NCBI GenBank assembly: GCA_030697825.1
Contig: JAUYOW010000135.1
Coordinates: 8,556 to 72,555, forward strand
Reading direction: 5' to 3'
DNA length: 64,000 nt
Origin: Gemmatimonadales bacterium
Lineage (GTDB): Bacteria > Gemmatimonadota > Gemmatimonadetes > Gemmatimonadales > JACORV01
This document shows, piece by piece, positions 40,932 to 47,249 of the stretch (positions are counted from its first letter, which is position 1; each line of letters opens with the position of its first letter). Both the position numbers and the translations under genes were made by a program. Below the pieces are notes generated by a model. That model did not search any database and had not been told where the DNA came from. It saw only the letters and a program-made list of their open reading frames with translations.

Positions 40932-41027
40932 GGCTAACTCGGCTACGGGGCCGAGCTATCACGCGAGCTTCGCAGCGGTTGTGGTTTTGGACGTGAAGCC
41001 CAATTGCTAGTAAAGACCTGGTTAGCC
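40932..41027 (+). other. attC- or attI-like site preceding cassette 1 (GGCTAAC ... GTTAGCC)
   Basis: The terminal 7-mers are exact reverse complements, and the complementarity extends outward (TGCAGGCTAAC / GTTAGCCAGGCA). There is an internal hairpin CTCGGC-TACGGG-GCCGAG. The inner arms are otherwise poorly paired. Confidence 0.35.
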
Positions 41028-41031
41028 AGGC

Positions 41032-41466
41032 ATGGCGACAGACCACGCACTGAAACTGGGGAAGCTTGTTGGCAACCTCCAATCCCTGGAGGCGGTTCTT
41101 CGCGTCTATCTGCTCAAGATTGGGGAGAAACCGAGACCGGCGAAGCAACAGTCGCATTCGTATTGGGATCTCGTCGTCGGCGACGTAATCAACGCTGACG
41201 AATTCTCGAACTACGACACCCTCGGCACTCTCGTCAGGAAATTCAACGACGACGTCCGCCCGCGCGACACCTCACTATGCGTCGACCCCGCAGTGGTAGA
41301 CGTTCGCGATCTGCTGGCTCACGGACGTGTCGCTGGCTCAGCCGACGACACGGCGACCTTGATGATCGTGAAGTTCGACAAACCGTCCGCCGGGACAGTG
41401 ACAGTGGTGGCGAGCGCCCTGAATGGACGACGCCTGGTTTGCCGCGAACGTCGCATTATCTTATGA
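41032..41466 (+). CDS. Cassette 1 ORF, hypothetical protein (144 aa as listed; 3' end probably frameshifted)
   Basis: Track ORF. The last ~15 residues (NGRRLVCRERRIIL) look out-of-frame, whereas the +1 frame from 41423 reads MDDAWFAANVALSYEQLIRVGKALERYAA and stops at the TAA inside the GCCTAAC box. Confidence 0.5.
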   Translation: MATDHALKLGKLVGNLQSLEAVLRVYLLKIGEKPRPAKQQSHSYWDLVVGDVINADEFSNYDTLGTLVRKFNDDVRPRDTSLCVDPAVVDVRDLLAHGRVAGSADDTATLMIVKFDKPSAGTVTVVASALNGRRLVCRERRIIL

Positions 41467-41506
41467 GCAACTCATCAGGGTCGGAAAGGCACTCGAGCGG
41501 TATGCG

Positions 41507-41604
41507 GCCTAACTTCCGGACGAACCCGATGGCGGAGTCGATTCCCGTTTCGCCGTGGCAACGCGCGTGCCGGCTCCACCCACGGGTTATCCGGCGCGTT
41601 AGGC
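41507..41604 (+). other. attC-like recombination site, 98 nt, canonical architecture
   Basis: GCCTAAC-TT-CCGGA-CG-AACCCG ...(variable)... CGGGTT-A-TCCGG-CGC-GTTAGGC. It has R and L box pairing, an unpaired spacer and extrahelical bases. It starts 41 nt after the ORF stop. Confidence 0.7.
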
Positions 41605-41631
41605 GGCCCGCTAGAGATCGAGGACTGTCCG

Positions 41632-42330
41632 TTGGACGCGATTGACTGGAGAAGGATTGTGCGCTACTTGCCTTCATCGTCCCAATGGCGTAACTGGAGC
41701 CTTCCCAGCCGATTGACGGCGATAGGCGCGGCGATTTCAGTCGTTTCTCTCATAGTAGCTGTTGTGCTTGCATTGCTCGACCAAGCTGCGGATCGGAGCC
41801 GCGCTCGCTTGATGGAGGAGGAAGCCGAGCTACGAAGTCGGCTCGAGTCCGCTGCCCTATCATCAGTTCAGGGCAAGCAGGACGAGCAGTTCCTTGCGCT
41901 CCTCTCGGCGCTCGCGGTGCTTATTGGTGAGCAATCTTCTCTCTCTAGCCGAGTGGCCGATACGGTCACTTTTTCCGGCACAGGCGTTGGCGAGTTCCCG
42001 ACCGGTCTCGCAGTTCTGTCGCGAGTCTTTCAGCAGGATTACCCAGGTGTAGCGAACGACGAGTTGCTTGTCGAGATCGTTGTCGGGTTACCTTCTCCTT
42101 CCGGGCAGAACGACGCACGCCCTGGGGTGCTCGTACAGATTCACCAGCAGGGCTTAAGCTACGAGACGAACGTCTTTCGCGTTGGTGAGCTCGAGCCCCA
42201 TGTTCTCATGCGGGCCCTCGCTGCGGCTGGATTACGCGTGTCCTCAGAGGTCGCGGCCGAAGGCGGCGTCTGGGTCACGATATTCGACCCCGCAAACGGG
42301 AAATCTGCAAGACTTCGAGCGCCGTCTTGA
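41632..42330 (+). CDS. Cassette 2 ORF, single-pass membrane protein of unknown function (start TTG 41632 or GTG 41659)
   Basis: 232 aa. One TM (LTAIGAAISVVSLIVAVVLALL), a charged coiled-coil-like stretch, then a ~130-aa C-terminal domain. No family recognised. Confidence 0.55.
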   Translation: MDAIDWRRIVRYLPSSSQWRNWSLPSRLTAIGAAISVVSLIVAVVLALLDQAADRSRARLMEEEAELRSRLESAALSSVQGKQDEQFLALLSALAVLIGEQSSLSSRVADTVTFSGTGVGEFPTGLAVLSRVFQQDYPGVANDELLVEIVVGLPSPSGQNDARPGVLVQIHQQGLSYETNVFRVGELEPHVLMRALAAAGLRVSSEVAAEGGVWVTIFDPANGKSARLRAPS

Positions 42331-42363
42331 ATCGATGCCCTGAGGCCAGTCTCCGGGTGGGCC

Positions 42364-42489
42364 GCCTAGTTAGGATTTGAACCTGCGGAGCCGGCTGGCC
42401 GCGCCGGCGACCAGGCGGTAAGTGGTTCAGGAACCGCGCACCGGCGCGGCCACGACGCCGGCTCACAGGTTAAAACCACTCTGTTAGGC
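42364..42489 (+). other. attC-like recombination site, 126 nt (degenerate R'' GCCTAGT, R' GTTAGGC)
   Basis: Long imperfect palindrome with arms at 42373-42408 and 42441-42477. It is homologous, with compensatory changes, to the site at 23074-23299 on the other strand. Confidence 0.6.
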
Positions 42490-42523
42490 AGCAGCGGTTA
42501 CTCACACGCACCTAGGCGGCACC

Positions 42524-42940
42524 ATGACCGCGTGGCTCATTCTCCTAATCATCTTCGTTGCCGGGTGTATCGGTGGCATTACCAATGCGGCGATTGCTGG
42601 CGAGTTGCGCTTGCCGTACACCGATCCCGAAGCGCGGGTCTACAGGCCTGGCTGGGTCGGGAACGTGCTCATAGGGGGCATAGCGGCTCTCGTCTTCTGG
42701 GGCCTATACGGCCCGATGGCCGCGGCAGTTCTCATGGGCCCTATCGATCCGGCGGCTCCGCAGCCTCTACTTCGAGTCTCTGAGCTGTTCGCGGCATTGC
42801 TCACGGGAATCGGCGGCGGTAGACTACTTACTGCGGAGGTCGAACGGCGCGTGTTCGATAGAGAGAAGAAGGCCCTCACCGATACGAAGGACGCTCTTGC
42901 AACTGCTGTTAAGAGCCTTGCTGAGGAGGTAAGACAATGA
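42524..42940 (+). CDS. Cassette 3 ORF A: small 3-TM glycine-zipper-rich membrane protein with a C-terminal amphipathic helix
   Basis: 138 aa. TM segments WLILLIIFVAGCIGGITNAAIAG, WVGNVLIGGIAALVFWGLYGPMAAAVLMG, LFAALLTGIGGGRLL. ATGA overlap with ORF B. Confidence 0.6.
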   Translation: MTAWLILLIIFVAGCIGGITNAAIAGELRLPYTDPEARVYRPGWVGNVLIGGIAALVFWGLYGPMAAAVLMGPIDPAAPQPLLRVSELFAALLTGIGGGRLLTAEVERRVFDREKKALTDTKDALATAVKSLAEEVRQ

Positions 42941-43389
42941 CGGACGGCACTCCAAAGGCACCCGATATCGATGCAATTGAGCTTATCGAAACGCTCGCAA
43001 CCCAGATCCCGAGCTCCAGTTCCTTTACCTCGGCAAGCCTAGCCCAACAGATCCTGGAGCAAACCCGTCGGCTCCACGCCTTCCGCAGTGCCCTCGTGGT
43101 TGGCCGCGAGGCGGGCGCCAAGGCCCACGAGATGGTCGAGGCGCAGGTACAGGAGGCGGAGGTCGGGAAGACCTACCAAGGCAAGGTGAAGACGACGACG
43201 GCCTTCGGGGCGTTCGTCGAGATCTTGCCCGGGGTGGAGGGACTGGTCCACATCTCGGAGCTCCAGCACGGCCGCACCGAGAAGACCGAAGACGTCGTGA
43301 AGAAGGGCGACTCGGTCACGGTCAAGGTGCTGGAGGTCGACGAGCACGGGAAGATGAGGCTCTCGCGCAAGGCGGTGCTCGAGAAGTAG
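42937..43389 (+). CDS. Cassette 3 ORF B: chimeric protein, novel ~55-aa N-terminus fused to a PNPase-like linker plus S1 RNA-binding domain
   Basis: The C-terminal AEVGKTYQGKVKTTTAFGAFVEILPGVEGLVHISEL...GDSVTVKVLEVDEHGKMRLSRKA is an S1 domain closest in style to the PNPase C-terminus. Codon usage switches at about nt 43100. Confidence 0.6.
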   Translation: MTDGTPKAPDIDAIELIETLATQIPSSSSFTSASLAQQILEQTRRLHAFRSALVVGREAGAKAHEMVEAQVQEAEVGKTYQGKVKTTTAFGAFVEILPGVEGLVHISELQHGRTEKTEDVVKKGDSVTVKVLEVDEHGKMRLSRKAVLEK

Positions 43390-43403
43390 GACCTCCTACT
43401 GAA

Positions 43404-43439
43404 GGCACCCACGCCCGGTAGGTGCCCGCACCTAGGTGC
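43404..43439 (+). terminator. Hairpin GGCACC-N11-GGTGCC followed by the 12-bp palindrome GCACCTAGGTGC, then a T-rich stretch; possible terminator
   Basis: Hairpin arms at 43404-09 / 43421-26, palindrome at 43428-39, followed by ...GCTGCTGTTTAGTATC. Confidence 0.35.
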
Positions 43440-43506
43440 CGCCTCGCTGCTGTTTAGTATCAAGTTTGAAGTGCAACAGCGGTTCATGAAGCAAAGCATT
43501 GGGGAG

Positions 43507-44715
43507 TCAGCCACTGCCTCGCGCGGGATTGCTTCGCGGCACGCCGAACGCGACCAAGCCGCCAATAGCCATTACCGCCGCCGCCGCGACGAACGCCGTC
43601 ATCGGGCCGGCCCGGTCGTATGATGCTCCGGTCGCAACAGGGCCGAGCAGGCGCCCCAGAGCGCTGAGTGACTGCGCGACTCCGAGGACCGTTCCCTGCT
43701 CCGCCGGGCCCGCCAGGACGGACACCATGCCGGTGGCCGCCGGAGAGAACACGCTCTGCGAGAAGGCCAGCACGACCGTCCAGCCGTAGAGCACGGGCAC
43801 CCGAGACAGGAACGGCACCGCGGCGACGCCGGCCGCCATACCGAACAGACCGAGGATCAAGAGCGCGCGGTCACCGGTGAGGCGCACCAGTCGCCCGAAC
43901 AGCCAACCCTGCACCAGCGCCGCGGTGACCCCGATGACGGTGAACAGGAACCCCAGGTCCCGCTCGTGCCACCCGAAGGTCGTGTTGGCGAATAACGGCA
44001 GCGCCACCGTGTAGCCCGCGAACGCGAAGGGCGCGAGCGCCCACACGATCAGGAGCGGGCGCAATCGAGCGTTCCTGAACGCCTCCGCCAGGTGCCTGAA
44101 CGGCCAGAAGTCGGTGGCGGTCCGGTGCTCTTCCCTGAGCGACTCCGGGAGTATCCGGTAGGCCAGCACGAAGTTCCCGAGGGAGAGCCCCGCGGCCACC
44201 AATCCGGGGCCGGTGTGCCCCCAATAGTGTCCCGCGATGCCGCCGATCGCCGGCCCGAGCGTGAAGCCGATGCCGAAGGCCGCGCCGATCATCCCCATCC
44301 CCTTCGACCGCTCCGCGCTGGTGGTGACGTCGGCGATGTAGGCCTGCGCCGCGGAGATGTTGCCGCCCGCGAAGCCGGAGACCAGCCGCGCGATGAGCAG
44401 CACGCCGAAGGAGGGAGCGAACGCGAACATGATGTAACCGGCAGCGTTGATGACGGTCGTCGCGAGGATGATCGGCCGCCGCCCCACCCGGTCCGACCAA
44501 CGGCCTAGCAGCGCGGTCGCGATGAACTGCATGCCCGAGAACGCGCCCATCAGCACGCCGAACCCCAGCGCGTTCGCCCCGAACCGCTGCGAGTAGTACG
44601 GCAGTATGGGGATGATTATCCCGAATCCGATGAGGTCTATCAGGACCGTGAGGAAGATGACGCCGAGGCGGCCTCTCATCGTCGGCGGGGGGGCGGGAAG
44701 CGGGGGCTCACCCAT
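43507..44715 (-). CDS. MFS transporter (drug:H+ antiporter / TCR-like); start uncertain (44715 or 44679)
   Basis: 12-TM style sequence. MFS motif A-like GRWSDRVGRRP. N-terminus ...LGVIFLTVLIDLIGFGIIIPILPYY. Confidence 0.8.
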   Translation of the reverse strand: MGEPPLPAPPPTMRGRLGVIFLTVLIDLIGFGIIIPILPYYSQRFGANALGFGVLMGAFSGMQFIATALLGRWSDRVGRRPIILATTVINAAGYIMFAFAPSFGVLLIARLVSGFAGGNISAAQAYIADVTTSAERSKGMGMIGAAFGIGFTLGPAIGGIAGHYWGHTGPGLVAAGLSLGNFVLAYRILPESLREEHRTATDFWPFRHLAEAFRNARLRPLLIVWALAPFAFAGYTVALPLFANTTFGWHERDLGFLFTVIGVTAALVQGWLFGRLVRLTGDRALLILGLFGMAAGVAAVPFLSRVPVLYGWTVVLAFSQSVFSPAATGMVSVLAGPAEQGTVLGVAQSLSALGRLLGPVATGASYDRAGPMTAFVAAAAVMAIGGLVAFGVPRSNPARGSG

Positions 44716-45790
44716 CGCGTTTCTTCTTGACATGCTTGTGGAGCGCGCGACCCGCCGACCGCTCCTTTCGATCGGCCGTGGCAGGGCCCTGGTGCTCGCC
44801 GCGCGCGCGCGCCGCGAGCTCACGCACCAGCTTGTGGTAGCTCTCGAGCCGGTCGGCGGCGATCCGCCCCTCGGCCAGCGCCGCCTTCACGGCGCAACCG
44901 GGCTCCGGGCCGTGCGCGCAGTCGCGGAACGCGCAGTGCTCGCCCAGCGACTCGACATCGTCGAAGGCGCTCAACAGCCCGGGGCCGGCGCCGCTGAGCT
45001 GAAGCTCGCGCATGCCGGGCGTATCGATGAGTATCCCACCCCCCGGCAGCAGCACCAGCTCGCGGCGCGCGGTCGTGTGGCGGCCCTTGTCGTCCCCCTC
45101 GCGGATCTCGCCGGTCGCCTGGCGCTCGAAGCCGACGAGCGCATTGATCAGGGTGCTTTTCCCCACGCCGGACGAGCCGAGGAGCGCGCCGGTGCGGTGT
45201 GGGAGCAGGTGCGCGCGCAGCGCGTCCACCCCCAGCCCGGTCTTGGCGCTGGTCACGTGCACCTGCGCGCCGACCGCGACAGCCTCGACCTCTCGCACTA
45301 TCGGCGCGGTATCGACCATGCGGTCTGCCTTCGACAGGACCACGACCGGGGCCGCACCGCTTTCCCAGGCCAGCGCGAGGTAGCGCTCCAGGCGGCGCAG
45401 GTTCAGCTCTGCGTTGAGCGAAGTGACGATGAAGACGACATCGACATTGGCCGCGATGGTCTGGTCGCCATGCTCGCGTCCCGCGGCCTTGCGGGTGAAA
45501 AGGCTCGAGCGCGGCAGCACGGCGTCAATGATCCCGGGCCCGTCGCCGGACGACGGGGAGAACGCGACCCAGTCGCCGACCGCGGGCAGGTCCGAGCGGG
45601 AGCCGGCGGCGTGGCGCATGCGCCCGCCTACCGAGGCTTCGGCTTCGCCCTGCTCGGTGAGGAGCTCGTAGACGCTGCGATGCTCCACGGCGACGCGCGC
45701 GGGGGTCCGTCCAGCCGTGGCGTGCGGCGCGAAGTGCGCCGCGAATCGTTCGCTCCAGCCGAGTCGCTCGAGCTCGGCTCGTCCCGTCAC
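44708..45790 (-). CDS. rsgA: Ribosome small-subunit-dependent GTPase A
   Basis: 360 aa. Circularly permuted GTPase order (...VLSKADR..., GSSGVGKSTLINAL, ...DTPGMRE) and C-terminal zinc motif CAFRDCAHGPEPGCAV. Confidence 0.85.
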   Translation of the reverse strand: MTGRAELERLGWSERFAAHFAPHATAGRTPARVAVEHRSVYELLTEQGEAEASVGGRMRHAAGSRSDLPAVGDWVAFSPSSGDGPGIIDAVLPRSSLFTRKAAGREHGDQTIAANVDVVFIVTSLNAELNLRRLERYLALAWESGAAPVVVLSKADRMVDTAPIVREVEAVAVGAQVHVTSAKTGLGVDALRAHLLPHRTGALLGSSGVGKSTLINALVGFERQATGEIREGDDKGRHTTARRELVLLPGGGILIDTPGMRELQLSGAGPGLLSAFDDVESLGEHCAFRDCAHGPEPGCAVKAALAEGRIAADRLESYHKLVRELAARARGEHQGPATADRKERSAGRALHKHVKKKRDG

Positions 45791-45830
45791 CAGTTCGTCC
45801 GCCCGATCATCCGCCGGTAGTCTTCCTGTA

Positions 45831-47243
45831 CTACCGCGCCGGTGCCGGAGCCGGCGCCGTCCCCCGCGGCAACCGCTCCGGCAGGTCCGCCACGACGTAC
45901 GCCATCACCGCGAGTGCGGCCACGCACTGCGCCATTTCGCGCGGGTCGAGCTTGTCCACCGTGTCGCCGTCGCTGTGGTGGAACCAGAAGTAGCGAGTGC
46001 CGTCCACGTTGAGGCCGAGTCCGGGGACGCCGCGCCGCATGATGGGGCCGATGTCGGCGCCGCCTCCGCCGCGGGAGATCGAATCCGCACCGATGGGCCG
46101 GAGCAGGCTCGCCACCTGCCGCACTAGCGCCATCGCCGAGTCGGAGCCGGTGAAGCCGTAGCCCAGCGGGCGGAAAACGCCGCCGTCGGCCTCGATCGCG
46201 AGAACGTGGTTGTCGAGCTCCGCGGCGTGCGCGTCTCGATAGGCGTTGCCGCCGCGCAGCCCGTTCTCCTCGTTGGTCCAGCCCACCATCCGCACCGTCC
46301 GGCGCGGCCTGAGGCCCAGGCGCTGAAGCAACCGCACCGCCTCCCACGCGGCGACCACGCCTCCGCCGTCGTCCATCGCCCCCTGCCCCACGTCCCACGA
46401 ATCGATGTGTCCGCCCAGTACCACTACTTCCTCGGGACGCTCGCTCCCCACCAGCTCCGCCACGATGTTCCGCGACGGCGCGTCCGGGAGCATTCGCGCT
46501 TCCATGGTGAGACGGACGACGACTCGCTCGCCGCGATCGCTCATCCGGTGCAGCATCATCGCGTCCTCGACGCTCAGCGCCGCCGCGGGGATGCGCTGTA
46601 CCGTGGAGTCGTACTGGAGCGCGCCGGTGTGCGGCGAGCCGATGGAGTAGGAGGCGACCGTTCGGATGAGACACGCCACCGCGCCTGCCCGCGCTGCCGC
46701 GCTGGGGCCGTCGCTCCGGTACCGCACCGTGGCGCCATAGTTCGTGAACGGCACGTCGAAGAGGACGATCTTGCCGCGCGCCTCCGCCGCGCGCGCCGTG
46801 AGGTCGGCGAAGCTGGTCACGACGAGCACTTCGCCCGTGATGCCGCGGCGTGACGTGCCGACGCTTCCGCCGAGGCCCAGCATCGCCAGGCGCTGCGGCC
46901 GTGGCGACACCAGCTCGGCGGACTCGTTCCCGCGCACCCAGTGCGGCACCATCACCGGCTCGCCGCGCACGTTCTGCAACCCGTCACGCTGCATCTCGGC
47001 CAGGACCCAGTCGATGGCGCGCTCCAGGCTCGCCGAGCCGCTGAGGCGATGGCCGAAGGTGTCCACCATCCGCGCGAGGCGCTGCCACGCCGCGCTGTCG
47101 CGCGTCGCTTCGGCGATGATGCGGCCCGCCACGGCCTGGTAGCGGTCGGCGATCGGTCCGCCCGCGGCGGCCTGCCCGGCGAGCCGGTGCGGCGCGGCCA
47201 GCGCACCGGCGAGGAGAGCGGCAAAAGCGAATGGCGGTCTCAT
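45831..47243 (-). CDS. M28 family metallopeptidase with PA domain, secreted
   Basis: 470 aa. Signal peptide, PA-domain-like insert, and M28 zinc-ligand regions (...LGGHIDSWDVGQGAMDDGGG..., ...WTNEENGLRG..., ...FHHSDGDT...). Confidence 0.8.
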   Translation of the reverse strand: MRPPFAFAALLAGALAAPHRLAGQAAAGGPIADRYQAVAGRIIAEATRDSAAWQRLARMVDTFGHRLSGSASLERAIDWVLAEMQRDGLQNVRGEPVMVPHWVRGNESAELVSPRPQRLAMLGLGGSVGTSRRGITGEVLVVTSFADLTARAAEARGKIVLFDVPFTNYGATVRYRSDGPSAAARAGAVACLIRTVASYSIGSPHTGALQYDSTVQRIPAAALSVEDAMMLHRMSDRGERVVVRLTMEARMLPDAPSRNIVAELVGSERPEEVVVLGGHIDSWDVGQGAMDDGGGVVAAWEAVRLLQRLGLRPRRTVRMVGWTNEENGLRGGNAYRDAHAAELDNHVLAIEADGGVFRPLGYGFTGSDSAMALVRQVASLLRPIGADSISRGGGGADIGPIMRRGVPGLGLNVDGTRYFWFHHSDGDTVDKLDPREMAQCVAALAVMAYVVADLPERLPRGTAPAPAPAR

Positions 47244-47249
47244 GGTCCC

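Larger units (their letters stand above)
40932..43446 (+). mobile_element. Candidate integrase-less integron cassette array (three cassettes, low-GC island)
   Basis: Sharp drop in GC and in GC3. Four co-oriented ORFs, with attC-like sites at 40932-41027, 41507-41604 and 42364-42489. No integrase-like ORF adjacent. Confidence 0.55.

Noticed and set aside
40915-41157. 80-aa minus-strand ORF across the start of cassette 1
   Set aside because: It is antisense to the cassette ORF and spans the attC-like site. It has no supporting features.
42372-42388. tRNA-like T-loop string (minus strand GGTTCAAATCC) suggesting a tRNA or tRNA fragment as an integration target
   Set aside because: The flanking bases do not form a T-stem, acceptor stem or any cloverleaf. 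The string is part of the long attC-like palindrome.
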